Shown: positions 36,985 to 50,495, counted from the stretch's first letter. The stretch is DNA of 64,000 nucleotides from Octopus bimaculoides (GCF_001194135.2 NC_068992.1:33282243-33346242); one strand, 5' to 3'. Program-made: numbers and translations. Notes: generated from the sequence alone by a model not told the origin.

Positions 36985-39450
36985 CAGTTTTTTTTTTTTG
37001 TGGTCTCTTTGTTAGGTCTGGGACTTCACACAGAGAGAATCTTTCACAGGATATGAAAAATGCCTAACGAGGCAGTTTTTTGCATGGGGCTGATATTATA
37101 TTTGATTTAATCTGGCCGAGAAATTGTGGCAGTGTCAATGGAATGGACTTCAGTGTTTCTACTACAACAAGAATAATTTAAAAGTGGGGTTCCTCATCCT
37201 TTCTAGTTCATAGTTGGTAATCTTTCCAACTTCTTAATCTGCTACATTATGGAACCCTGGAATTGTTATGACAGTAATGCAAGTTTCATGGGACTCTTTG
37301 ACCATGAACACAATGTTCAGTCATTGATCACTCTGTATGTTTGTACATTAAGTCCCACAGAATTTTCCACTGTTGTTCTCTTTGACTGGCTCTGTCCTGT
37401 GTTCACACTATTTCTAATCCATTAAATCTCCTTAAATCTCCACTTTCTCTTTCCTTTTATCCCTTTTCTTTGAAGGAATCTTTGACTTCAGTATCCTCTT
37501 CTTTTGGGTGGAGGAAATTGAATTTGTACATCAATTTCTTTGTATCTTGGTCCAATTTATTAAGTTCCTCTAGCATCTTGTCAAATATGGCTGTACTGTA
37601 GTGAAGTGCAGTTATGATTCATGTCAAAAAATCTTGATGGCATGCACACACAAGGTTTCTTGAATTAATCTTAGTCATCAGAACAATACTCAGTTTATCA
37701 AAGTAGGATTGTTTTTACTCACTCCTTTAATCATTCAAAACATTATATCATTTAACTCCATCACCCCTAGGTACTTATATCCTGCTTCTTCTCAGTCTGT
37801 CAGTCTTTCTGCCTTGTGTAATACTATCCCACTGCTATTCTCCTCTTTACCACGTGCATAGTAACTGTTGTTCACTTTGTGATGCTCATCTTCATTTGTA
37901 TGTTTGTGTGCTCTACATTTACACTTTACACCAAGGAGTTGATTTCTTTTCCTGTTTTTTTCCAACAGTTTAAGATCATTTATAAAGATCAGATGATTAT
38001 GATCTAGTCCTGTTTTTCTCCAATTGGTAACCCACCCCTGTCCCCCAAAGCACCATGCTCAGAGGAGTCAGAGCAATAGCAAAGAGCAAAGGAGAAAATG
38101 AGTTACCATGTGTGTATGCTTGTTTAGCAAGTACTTCAATTAGAATTTTCCATGTTTAAGCATATAAAATGATGGTAATTAGTGACTATAAGATCTTTTG
38201 AAGTGTATTTTATAAAGTTCACTTGCCCTTCAATCTTCGAGTACTACACCATCAAACATGCATTGGCCCTGGTGAAAGGTTTCTCTATATTGTATACCCT
38301 TGAAATCCTTTTATTCTTGGATTCTAATCAACAATGATGCTTTACATTTCAGTAGCCCCTCAACCTGACTTTTCACATCCTTGGGCATTATCCTGACTGG
38401 ATTGTGTTCATTCACAGCATTTGTTACAAGTTTTTCTTTGACTTATGCCAACCATTTTTCATCCCTTTTGTACACCACTGGCTGAGATCACAGGTCTGAC
38501 CAAAAGTGGATTGCAACTTCCAGATCAGGAGGCACACACTCACCAGTCTCACAATACAAATTCTTATAAAGCTGCTACTGGTTTGAACAAAAGAGCTTAT
38601 TTTGCCTATATTGAGTGATTCTTTCCAAGTACCTTCTAAATGTTACCACTTTATTGCTGATCTGCATCATAATTTCAATCACCACTATTTGAACATCCTT
38701 ATCTTTGAAGCTAGATTTCCTTCCAAAAAATGTTTGTTCATTATTCTTGTTATTCTTCCAACACCATTTATGCTAGCTCTCGATCAACCCAGGAGCTTTT
38801 CTCAGAGTTACTATGCCTTCTTCAATTCACCTCTTCCACCAAGGCACCTTATACTTTCCTTTGCACTTCTGCCTAGCACCTACTCATTCTCCCACTACAC
38901 CTGCAGCTGCTCTTAGCAAATCCTGTAATTCTATTCATCTATGTATACTGCAGAATTCTATCTACCTTTATAGGGTCATTATGAAGTTTTTCTTTTTGCA
39001 TTGATAACCAAACATCAATAAAGAGTCTGTCAAGTATTTCCTGGTCATCTCCTCTAGATCAAAGCGTAACTGTATTGGGGAGCTAGATCACTATGAGCAT
39101 ACATCATTGCAGCCCTATCACAAACATGTTTTCCACTATTTTTGCCTATTCCGCATAATACATCCACCTCTGTGTGTTCAGTTCCATCAACAATAATTTC
39201 ATCACTACATTCTTCTAAAGGTTCATCAAAACCAGTAAATCTAGCAATCTTCTCTTGATACTGAGCATATTTTTATAATGGGAAACCAGTTCTTTTACAG
39301 TATAACACAGGTTTAGCACACAAAAATTCCCACTGATTTCAAACATTCCTTTTTCATTCCAAACCGGGTGGGCAGTTTTCTTATGCTGCATTTACAAAGC
39401 ACTTCTAACTTCATAGAATCACTCAAGAGCAACCTTGTTATCATTGTTTG
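36985..39450 (-). mobile_element. Decayed R4/Dong-like REL non-LTR retrotransposon
   Basis: GNSFSPLLFAIALTPLSMVL (38048-38107), HLIFINDLKL (about 37970-38005), KILWD (37351-37366) and the terminal QKTASLG..HIL.KILSV* followed by an A-rich tail. Confidence 0.8.
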
Positions 39451-39719
39451 ACCTGCATTACTTACATATTTTTTCTGCAATATAGAGTTAAGATTGTATT
39501 CTTAAGGCCAGTTACTAGATGATGATTGGTAGGTACCTGGTCTTCTGTGCCCAATCTTCCATGCATGACCATGGATTCCTCCAGTTGCCTCTTCAGGATT
39601 TCCTTTGTTGTTCCCATAAACTTGACAATTCCTGGTTTCATTTTTTTTTTCCCATCATAAAAAGAATAAGTTGGTTGATATATGATTATTCCATCCCTAG
39701 ATTGTTTATCATGATTTGC

Positions 39720-40020
39720 ATCATCATAATCATAATCATCATCATCATCATCATTTAACATCCATTGTCCCTGCTGGCATGGGCTGGATGGTTTGACCAG
39801 AGCTGGCAAGCTGAGAAGCTGCACCAGGCTCCAGTCTCATTTGGCATGGTTTCTGCAACTGGATGCCCTCCCTAACACCAACCACTTTACAGAGTGTGCT
39901 GGATGCTTTTACATGGCACCACATGGGTGCTTTTACATGGCACCAGACAGGCACATTAATGTGGCATCACATGAGTGTTTTTACATGGTATCACATGGAT
40001 GCTTTTATGTGGCACCTCTA
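39720..40020 (-). mobile_element. RTE-type 3' UTR/tail fragment
   Basis: (CAT)n followed by ttaacatccattgtccc...ctggatgccctccctaacacc. Confidence 0.8.
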
Positions 40021-41099
40021 CAAATGCTATACACTACAAGAAGAACCGGTCTTAACACTTCTGCTGTGGAGTATGGGTCTTCTAGAGTACAGGAAGGTGC
40101 CAGGCATCTTGGTCCTTTGTCATCTTGACTGAAAGGTTCAGAATACCAGTTGGTGCAATAGAACAGAACACCAGCACAAGATAGATTGACAACCAAGACT
40201 CATTAAGCTCCAATCACCTTGGGTATGTTTATCCTGCACCTAGACAGTAACCCAGGAATTTCTGTGCACCTGTGCCACAGAAAAAGAAAAAGCTATAACA
40301 CTATCTGTTGTACCTTTAAAACTGAAAATACATCCAAAACAGACAGAAATTGTTAGGCTTATCATTGAATATACATTTCAGCCCCAATACATGGGCCAAA
40401 AAGAAACACAAGACTGAATAAGAAATACTGCACATAATGTAGACCCATGGCTAGAAGTGACTGTTGTGCCATGCTATGGGAGGATGGACAAAGTAGACTT
40501 CATGGAAGATAATTTGTGGTTAGGGAACAACAAGAAGGAGTTTGCAATTCATAATGATCCCAAAGACTATAGGGTAGTATCAAAACTACCCAGTAGAAGA
40601 CCCTGAAAAAAAAAAGTGTGAGATTGTTGTTGTTGCTATCGTCATCATCATTAATATTCAGTTTGACTCTGGTTTGTTCTTATTCTTGGTAGAATCTATG
40701 CAAGTAGCAGTTTACTACCTGTAAACTTAGATATCCACAAGCTTTCAATAATCTTTCAATTGCACAAAATCCATCTGATAATCTTTCCTATCTAAGAGGC
40801 AAACTTTCTGTAGAAATTTCCTTCAATTGCTTGTCTATATCATTGCTCATAGTTCTTAATGCAACAATTATTACAAGTACAAACTTTACAGTTTTCATAT
40901 TCCGAATTCTCACAATTTAAAATTTTAAGGGACTGTATTTTAAAAATTTTTTCTTCCTTTTTACAATCCTGGAATCAAATGGACATGATTGATGAGTTAG
41001 TAAGGAACTTCACTTTTTCTTTTATTATTATTATCATTATTATTGATTCTTGAAGTTTTTGCCCTGAAACTATATGTATAGGATTACTAAATAAAATTT

Positions 41100-43300
41100 T
41101 ATTGAAGCACATGCTAAAAATAACTAATAATACTCTGAAGAAAACCTGTTTTAGACACTCATCGATAGACTATCATAAGGAAAGCCTGCACTTAAAGATT
41201 GTTTCCTGATTTTTCATTTTCAAAATAGCAACCAAACACAGATATGATGCATGGAAATTCTTGTAACAGCTAACAGGAAATACATGGTAAAAACAAAATA
41301 CAGCTAAACAAACAAAAAGAAGAGAACTTAACATTTAAATGAACAATTAGTTAATAAAAATATTCCATGTAATCTAATGGTAATTTTCCTGATAGTGATA
41401 GTCATATCATCAACAGCAAACACTTTAAATTACTCATAGAATTTCTGTTAATGCTAATCTTGTCTTAATCATACAACAAACTAAACTAATAGAATTTTTA
41501 AATTTTAACACAGCTCAAGGGAAAAATTGTTTGGAGAAATTTTTAAGACCAAACAGTGCTTCTTTGCTACAATCCAAGAGCAAACAAAGAGAAAAAAATT
41601 ATATAATTGCAATTTAAAAAAGATGGTATAGGATTGAATCTACACTCACAACATGAATTACAACAGCACTTCAAAAGACCTTAGAATAAGTTCCTCTCAA
41701 CCAAAAAAAGGCAAAATTATAGCAAGGGGCAAAAAAATACAAGAGTGACAATAAAAGATGTCAGAAACTATGTAGATCTTTGGCTAGTCATCGGTTTTGT
41801 AATGTTGTCATAGGGGAGCGGTCAAGCAGAGTTAACGAGAAGCAATATGTAGTCAGAAGACACCAAAATGGCTTTACCTGTCCTAATGACCTTGAATGCT
41901 ATAAAGCTATATTCGAACTGTGCATTGTTGTACAGTTGCAGTTGCCAAGACAACGACCATGCAATTTATTAAAAGAGCAAAAAACTTAAATGCAAAATTG
42001 TAATAAAAAGCAATTCAGAGCCCTTGAAGATCTAAAAGAACTAAGCATGAAATAGAAAATGTAAAGCAATAGAAACCAGTCAAAGCAGCATCAAGAACAA
42101 CAAAATCCATTTCTGAGAGTACCATCAGTCAAAACTATAGGAATGGTAGGAGAAATTGCTTTATGTCTAATACTAAAAGCAAGCTCTCAAACGGCCTGTC
42201 CCCTAACAAGCAACCTGTAACACTACTCCAATGTTGTATGATGAAGCAGAAACAATGGTTATAATGGAAAGTGTTAAAGTTTAAAAGAAGACCCCCAACA
42301 GAACCTGAAAAAATGAAAAGTGAACATACAATAATTAAACAGATATAGGCGCAGGAGTGGCTGTGTAGTAAGTAGCTTGCTTACCAACCACATGGTTCCG
42401 GGTTCATTCACACTGCATGGCACCTTGGGCAAGTATCTTCTACTATAGCCTCGGGCCGACCAAAGCCTTGTGAGTGGATTAGGTAGACAGAAACTGAAAG
42501 AAGCCCGTTGTTTATATGTATATATATATGTGTGTGTGTATATGTTTGTGTGTGTGTGTGTTTGTCCCCCCAGCATTGCTTGACAACCGATGGTGGTGTG
42601 TTTACGTCCCCGTAGCTTAGCAGTTCGGCAAAAGAGACCGATAGAATAAGTACTAGGCTTCCAAAGAATATATCCTGGGGTCGATTTACTCAACTAAAGG
42701 CGGTGCTCCAGCATGGCCGCAGTCAAAATGACTGAAACAAGTAAAAGAGTAAAGAGATACGGATAAACGATTTCCACAAAACAACTGTAATGCTTCTCTT
42801 CAAAAGATAATGAAGATGAAGCAGAGTACAAAGAACTGAGTATCATTGTTCTTTGAAAATCAAAGAGACAACTTATAGATAAAATCAAGTGTGCTGCCAC
42901 AGATTTGCTGATAAAAATAACAGGGAACATGCAAAACAAGGATTGCACTATCTACTGTACCTTTGAAACTGAAAATGCACCCATAACAATGCTAAAATTG
43001 TTGGGCATATTTCTGAATATACAGTTACGCTCCATTATATGGGTTGAAGAAACACAAGATGCTCGATAAGACAATGGACATAATGTAAAATCATGTGTGT
43101 AGTGAGTGTTGTGTCATACTATGAGAGAATGATTAAGGCAGATTTAAGGAAATGTAATCTCTGGCTGGAGATTGGAAAAATGGTCTGGTAAATCATAATG
43201 ACCCACAAAGACTATAGCACAAGACAGAACTATAGTCAGAAGACACTGAGATAAAAGTCATGAGATTGATGATTCAAGATATGAAAGTAAATTGTTATAT
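41100..43300 (+). mobile_element. Possible very old LINE relic, interrupted by a SINE
   Basis: Only weak RT-like remnants (KDVRNY, approximately D..NYRPI; HQNGF, approximately Q.GF). The clade cannot be assigned. Confidence 0.3.
42348..42756 (+). mobile_element. Intact family-B CORE-type SINE
   Basis: tRNA head ggcgcaggagtggctgtgtagtaagtagcttgc...gggttcattc, core ggcaccttgggcaagtatcttctactatagcc, (TA/TG)n linker and 3' tail gtaaaagagtaaagag. Confidence 0.92.
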
Positions 43301-43489
43301 TTATCAGAGTAAATCACACCATAGAGCTGAATGTAACCACAACAAAAAGATAACAAGCATGGGGTCTTGGGGCAGCTCTAACAAAAACTTGAGTTATTGC
43401 AGAGAAAATAGTTTTAGGTTCAATATCATAAATAGATGAACAAAAACCCCATTCACTAACAATATTAACACTTTTATCATATGAGAAAG

Positions 43490-43690
43490 AAATAATTACA
43501 AACAATAATCCATAAAAATTCCCAGATCACTACCAAAATTTCATCATCCCTTCCTTGTGTCATTACCAACGTTTTCTGCAAGTTTCATCAAATACTGTTC
43601 ACAACGTTTTGAGTTATTTTGCACACAGAAGGACAGATGGACAAACCAATGCTGATGAAAAAATATCCTCCTTCCTTGGCAGCAGTAATG
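43490..43690 (+). mobile_element. Probable Helentron-associated non-autonomous element end
   Basis: caagtttcatcaaa...ttcacaacgttttgagttattttgcacacaga...gatgaaaaaatatcctccttccttggcagcagtaat resembles the common HINE/DINE-like 3' terminus. Confidence 0.45.
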
Positions 43691-44249
43691 AAATTACCAA
43701 AGAAATGTGAGGGCAAAATCTTAGAAAAGAGACAGAATAAAACAACAAAAAGAGAGTAATAAGAATAATTTCTTCTAAATGAAAATGAAATCCCTCTACA
43801 GGAATACAACAAAGAAAATTCAGAGGAAAAAGATGAACTCAGACTCACTGTTCTCACTGATAATATTACCAAACAACCAATTGACAAAATTACATGTTTT
43901 AATGACGAATAAACAGTTAAGTTCAAAATATAAACTATATACATCAAATAGGTTGCTAGTAAAATTAAAATTAAAATTAAGACATTATATCAAACTTTAT
44001 AAAAAGAATGCTCTCAGTATAAGTGTTCTGCAAATTGTTTACTGGTGCGTTTGGTTACACTCGAGCACAATTTGAGAGATGGTTCAATGAACTCAATTTA
44101 ACCAGGAATTTTTTTCTTATTCTTATGTCTTATTCTCTAACATATATTGTTAGAGAATTGTACTTTTTATCCATTTCCCTGCAAATATGTCTATGCATTG
44201 AGGTATACATATGTATTTGCATATATATATAAATATATATATATATATA

Positions 44250-45773
44250 ATCATATTTTACTTAGGCATAGTGAGACTAATAACCTGATGTTAGAAATGA
44301 TCAGAAGTGGGTCACAATTAATGACCATGGGTCCTGTCAACTTTCTCATTTCAGTTACATTGACAGAACTCTTCTTAAAATCCTGGCAGTTCCAAATAGT
44401 GCTGTTTTTTGGAGAATCTCAGTTTTAATAGTGAGCTCAAGTTTACCCAGTCACTTCTGATATTGGCTTGTCATGTTTACAAGTACCCTTATCACAACAG
44501 GTATAACCACCACTTTTTCCATGTTTCAAATCTTGGCACCTATCCACCTTGTCCTCTTTCTCTACCGCATGGATATCTCCTGGGATAGCGATATCAATAA
44601 TCCAGCAATGACTTTCTTCTTTGCCAATCAGGTCTCCTTAACTCAATCACTTTGTCACATTGTGTATTGAAATCCCATAGCATTTTCACCATATCGTTTT
44701 CCATTACAGTGGGTGATTGGTGTTCATACCACTTATCAGCTCATTCTAGTTTGTGTTTCCTTCATAAAGTTCAACGTACAATTCAAGCAACATTGTCATG
44801 CCATCTCTTGTACTTGCACTGTGCCAAACTGCTACATTCATATAGGATGTGGCTTGCGGTTTCTCTGAACTTCACATGCATTTTGCACAATAACTTTTCA
44901 ATCATTTTGCCAATGTGGAATTTTATGAAGTTAGTTCTTAATGCTTGTTCTCAAGCACCACAAATAAGAGCTTCCGTTCCTTCTGCCTTTCCAAAATTAG
45001 AGTCTTTATCCACATTTCTCAGGAGCTGTCCATTCATCATCTTGTCTTTCAATCCTGCAGTCATCTTCTCAATTTTATTTTTCATGAACTCCTCTTTGTT
45101 ACTGCATAAATCTGTTTCCATGATCCCAGCCAATTTAACTCCCATAAGTGATGGTTCTGTGTTACTCCAAATATACCAACCAAGACTATTTCCTTCACTT
45201 TTCATGCAATCTTTGCAGTCTTTCATTCCTCTTCCTCCAACTTTTCATGGTAAGTATATCCTGTGCACGTCATTTTTAGGGTGTAAATCTCCATACATTG
45301 TCATTTTCTTCCTCGTTTTTCGGTCCATCTGGTTTATCTCTTGTTTTCTTCATTTAAGAATGCCTGCTCCTTATTGTAGTGCTGATACAACCCAAATATT
45401 GATGGTAGTTAATTTTGATTTGAGAATTTAACACAACTGTCTCATGTATTCTTTCTTGTGTAACCTTTCCAGCTCATTTTCTTTTATTCTTATTTTTTTA
45501 CTACCCACAAGGGGCTACACACAGAGGGGACGAACAAGGATAGACAAACATATTAAGTCGATTATATCGACCCCAGTGCGTAACTAGTTCTTATTTAATC
45601 AACCCTGAAAGGATGAAAGCCAAAGTCGACCTCGGTGGAATTTGAACTCAGAACGTAGTGGCAGACAAAATACCGCTAAGCATTTCGCCCAGTGTGCTAT
45701 CATTTCTGCCAGCTCATCGCCTTATTCTGCCAGTCTCCAGGATGCCAAGATACTTATAATTACTCTCTTCAAT
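44250..45773 (-). mobile_element. R4/Dong-like LINE 3' half (SINE inserted at 45490-45725)
   Basis: YKYLGILE, SLGWYI...EP, K.MNGQ.LR, TEALICGA, KYKRWHDNV, KMLWDF, IIDIAIPGD and LQKTALFGTARILRRVLSM*. Confidence 0.9.
45490..45725 (-). mobile_element. Family-A SINE
   Basis: Reverse complement of gagctggcagaaa...ctgagttcaaattccaccgaggtcgactttggc. Confidence 0.85.
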
Positions 45774-46045
45774 GCAGAGGAAAGTAAGAGATTTTGGAGT
45801 GACTTGTGGATAGGCACATAAACCAGATGTAGATTGGCTTAGTGAACTGAAACAAGAGTCAACATGTAAGATCCAAGACAAAGTTAGTATCACAGAAAAG
45901 ATGGGTCAACATGCAGTGCTGCAAAATTCCTAATTGGAAGGCTCCTGGATACGACAAAGTTCAAGGGTACTGGATCAAGAAGCTTACAGCAATGCATTGA
46001 AAGATCTCAGTTGAGTTCAATGAAATATTAAACACCACAAAATCA
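45771..46045 (+). mobile_element. R4/Dong-like RT N-terminal segment in inverted orientation
   Basis: NAEESKRFWSDLW...DWLSELK...[25 protein letters not shown]. Confidence 0.85.
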
Positions 46046-46075
46046 TTATCAATATCATCGTCGTAATCATCATCA

Positions 46076-46144
<69 letters not shown>

Positions 46145-46157
46145 TCATCATCATCAG

Positions 46158-46211
<54 letters not shown>

Positions 46212-46228
46212 TGTTATTATTATTATTA
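46045..46228. repeat. Compound (ATC)n/(GTC)n/(ATT)n microsatellite
   Basis: Direct read of the sequence. Confidence 0.97.
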
Positions 46229-46453
46229 AGGTGGTGAACTGGCAGAACTATTAGCAAGTTGGACAAAATGATTAGTAGCATTTCTTCTGGCTCTTTCTAA
46301 GTTCAAATTCTACCAAAGTTGACTGTGCATTTTATCCTTTCAAGTCTGATAAAACAAATATGGATGTAATTAATCTACTTCTCCCTTAAAATTGCTGGCC
46401 TTGTGCCAAACTTTGAAGCTATTATTATTCTAATTATTATTATTATTATTCTA

Positions 46454-46488
<35 letters not shown>

Positions 46489-46990
46489 CATCATTATTAT
46501 TATAAGGCAGTAAGCTGGCAGAATCATTAGTGTGCCGGGTGAAATGCTTAGCAGTATTTTGTCTGCTGCTACTTTTTGAGTTCAAATTCTGCTGAGGTCG
46601 ACTTTGCCTTTCATCTTTCAGGGTCAATTAAATAAGTACTAGTTTCGCACTGGGGTCCATGTAATCATCTTAATCCCCTCCCTCAAGCTGCCCTTGTGGC
46701 AAAATTTGAAATCATTATTATTATCATTGCTGTTATTATTATTATTATTATCATCATCAGTATTATTATTATTATTATTATAAGGTGGTGAGATGCCAGA
46801 ATCATTAGTACGCCAGGCAAAATACTTACTGAGATTTAGTCTGTCTACATGCTCTAAGTTCAAGTCCAGCCAAGATTGACTTTGCCTTTCATCGTTTCAT
46901 GGTCGATAAAATAAGTACCACTGGGGGTCAATGTAATCAACTCATCCCCTCCCCCAGAATTGCTGCACCTGTTGCAAAATTTGAAACTAT
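46228..46990 (+). mobile_element. Three consecutive family-A SINEs separated by (ATT)n
   Basis: Heads at about 46228, 46505 and 46782, each followed by the B-box and core. Confidence 0.85.
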
Positions 46991-47000
46991 TATTATTATT

Positions 47001-47338
47001 AGTTAATTACTTCAACCCTAGTGGGTACTTATTTCATCGACCCCAAAAAAGGATGAAAGACAAAGCTAACCCAGGAGAATTTGAACTCAGGACATAGAGA
47101 CAGATGAAATGCTGCTAAACATTTTGTCTAGGATACTTACGACTCTGCCAGCACCCTGTATTAATAATAAAAATATTAATACAGGGTGCTGGCAGAGTCG
47201 TAAGTATCCTAGACAAAATGTTTAGCAGCATTTCATCTGTCTTTATGTTCTGAGTTCAAATTCTGCTGGGTTAACTTTGTCTTTCATCCTTTTTGGGGTC
47301 AATGAAATGTGTACCCACTAGGGTTGAAGTAATTAACT
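47001..47338. repeat. Head-to-head palindrome of a family-A SINE (~165-bp arms, 7-nt loop)
   Basis: The arms differ by about 7 substitutions and 1 indel; the inner ~70 bp are perfect. Loop 47167-47173. Confidence 0.95.
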
Positions 47339-47709
47339 TCCCCACCCCCAAAAAAAAATTCAGGCCTTGTGCCTATAGTATAAAAGATTATTGTTGTTGT
47401 TAGTAGTAATAGTAGTAGTAGTAGTACTAGTATTAGTAGTAGTAGTATCATAATTATTCAATTAGTTGAGTGTGATGTGCGATAAAACCTGGATTGACTT
47501 CGTTGTTGAATATTTCTGTAGTTATATTTTGTCTGACATCCTCATTCAAAATATGACAAGAATAATCAAAAATGAAAAATATATAAACATGCTGAAATCC
47601 AAAATTTCGTGTGGACTATCCTCTCTCCTTCCTAGACAAAAAAAAAACAAAAAAACGTATGTCATCAACCATCTGTTTTCTTCCTTAAAAAAAAGGAGGA
47701 TAGTTTCCA

Positions 47710-48170
47710 GAAATATTTTCTCCATGATAACTGCAGTGAATTTGCCTTTTAGCAGTTGAAGTATGTCACAAACTTATTTAAACTAACATAAATGTTGCTT
47801 ATGCCCAAACACTGCTTGATGTTGATATTTTGTTATTTTTCAAGATCGGACACTGTGCCGGTGCAAATCAGTCAACATTGTATTTTACATAAAGCAATTG
47901 CTTTATAAGATTTGTTCAGAGTTGCCTCTCTTAGGTACTTCCCATTGATAAAAGCCAACTAGCTTGAAACATCGATGTCTGGGAATCCTGCCAGATGGCG
48001 ACACTGAACAAATAGGTTGTTTTCACACCTTTTTACCATAAAAGAAATATTTTGTCTACGGTAACTGCAGTGAATTTGTCTTTTAGCAGTTGAAATATGT
48101 CACAAACATATTTTAACTAACCTAAACTTTGCTTAGCCTAAACACTGTTTGGTGCTAATATTTCGTTATT
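47710..48170 (+). repeat. Pair of ~125-bp diverged direct repeats (47710-47835 and 48045-48170)
   Basis: gaaatatttt...taactgcagtgaatttg.cttttagcagttgaa.tatgtcacaaac occurs twice. Confidence 0.85.
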
Positions 48171-48492
48171 AGATTTACAAAGCAATATAAAACAAAAATC
48201 TTTTTCTAACTCATTTTTCTTCTTTTAACCAGGTATAAATGAAGGGAACTTGATGATGTTTTGTTTGTCTATGAAGGAACTTTTTGAATTTCTGCTTTTC
48301 TGCATATTTTTATTTATCCTTGTTCTTGTCTATTTTTGATATGAAGAAGAGAGAGGTACTGTTGAAACATTGTTCACTTCAATAAACAAGTTAATCAATA
48401 AACAAAGTCAGTCATGCTCTTTTAATTATGTATTTACCTTGGCGAAGAATTGTGCCAATCTTCATAAATTATTACTATTATTACTATTACTT

Positions 48493-48523
<31 letters not shown>

Positions 48524-48542
48524 TATTATTATTACTATTATT

Positions 48543-48960
48543 GAATGAGAGAGCAGTGCATGCCATCAAAGTGATACTGGGATACAAATATATGAAGCCC
48601 AATATACCCATCATGACTACTCATCTAAGGGTACACCAGGCACATGCATCACAACCATATGTGTGCAACATAGTGATCTCACATCAATGTAAACAGTGCA
48701 TGACTTTGCAGGTGGGGCCTAGTTGTTATTTTTATCAGATTGAGTAGCCCATCCCACTCAAAAGGTCCCTGAATTAAGGTTTGTTTAAGAATGTTGAAAC
48801 AAAACACTAATGTTTCCAGAGGCGAATAATTCAAACCCCAAAGAATTCCTCTTAACACATGGCTATGATGCTCTCCCACGACTTCTGCTCATGATCAAAG
48901 ATGCATATATTGTCAGCTGCTAAGGGACATGCTCAAGCAACTGATAAGCAAATGTTTGGT
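48543..48960. mobile_element. Second copy of the (ATT)n-associated ~550-bp repeat (partial)
   Basis: Aligns by eye to 5543-5980. Confidence 0.85.
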
Positions 48961-49187
48961 ATTATTATTATTATTATTGGGTATATCAACAAAATTCCAG
49001 CTCTTCACATCCTGAGTTCAAACCATACTGAAATCCCCATTACCATTCCATCCTTTTAGGGCTGATAAAAATAATGTTACAATAAAGAACTGAGGTTGGT
49101 TTAATCAACTCATCGCACCCCTAAAATTTGGGGTTTTGTGCCTACATTAGAAATAAATATTTTCATTAGTATTGATACAACCCTTTT
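48961..49187 (+). repeat. ~230-bp local duplication, copy 1 (copy 2 at 50839-51068)
   Basis: gggtatatcaac...cagctcttcacatcctgagttcaaaccatactg...gtattgatacaaccctttt is near-identical at both sites. Confidence 0.92.
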
Positions 49188-49514
49188 ATACTTAGACAAA
49201 ATATTTATTATTATTTCTATTGTTGTTATTATTTACTTTTAATCTGTATGTTTGTTACAATCACTTGCTGAGACACTGCCAGCATCCCTGGGCAAGTGAC
49301 GGATGAGAGAGTTTACAGTATGACTGAAAGCTTGGGAAGGAGGGTCAGTAGAAATATATCTTCATGTAATACAACACAGACATTTAAATTGGTAGGGTTT
49401 TTCTAATGATGTGGGCAGAACTTGTCAGCACAATCTTTCTATCATCATCCTCCTCATCCTCCTCCTCCTCCTCCTCCTCATCATCATCATCATCATTATT
49501 ATTATCATTATTAT

Positions 49515-50493
49515 TAAGGTGGTGAACTGGCAGAATTGTTAACATACAAAACATTGACTACAATCTCCACCTTGGACAAATTTTGTCCCTCATTCTTTTA
49601 GGGTTCATAAAAAAGTACCAATCTGGTGCTGTAGTCAATGTACTCAGTTTTCACTCTGCTCTCAAATTTGCTGGCTTTGTGCCAAAATTATAATTATTAT
49701 ATTAGCATGCAGGGCGAAATGCTCAGAGGTATTTCATCTGTCTTTACATTCTGAATTCAAATTCCACCAAGATCAACACTGCCTTTCATCTTTTGGTGAG
49801 GTCAATAAGTTAAGTACCAGTTGTGTACTGGGGTAGATCTAATCAACGAGCCCCCTCCCTCCAGATTTCAGGACTTGTGCTTATAGTAGACAGGATCATT
49901 ATTATTATTATCATTATTATTATTATCATTATTATTATTATTATTATCATTATAAAGCAGCTAGCTGGCAGAACTGTTAGCATGATGGGCGAAATGCTTA
50001 GTGGTATTTCGTCTGCCACTATGTTCTGAGTTCAAATTCTGCTGAAGTCGACTTTGCCTTTCATCCTTTCAGAGTCAATAAATGAAGTACCAGTAAGTGC
50101 TGGGGTCAATGTAATCTACTATCCCCCTCCCCACAAACTCCAGACCTTGTGCCTGTAGAAAGGGTTATTATCATTATTTATTCACTTACTTTCACATGAT
50201 TTATCTATGTCATGCCTAAGCTTCAACCTGCAGCTTACAGACATAACACTTTTCACAACAAGTGAATTGTTCAAAGTATTCCTGCCAGATGAGCACTTCC
50301 AATGAAATTTGGTTATTATTTGTTGGAAAGCATTAGCATGCTGGGTGAAATGCTTAGTGGCATTTCCTCCATCCTTATGTCCTGAGTTCAAATACTGCCA
50401 AGGTTGACTTTGCTTTTCTTCCTTTCGAGGTCAATAAATTAAGAACTAGTTGAGCACTGGGGTTGATGTAATTGACATCCCCCTTCCCCTAAA

Positions 50494-50495
<2 letters not shown>
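49515..50495 (+). mobile_element. Four family-A SINEs in tandem orientation, separated by (ATT)n
   Basis: Heads or cores at about 49515, 49705, 49955 and 50330. Confidence 0.8.
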
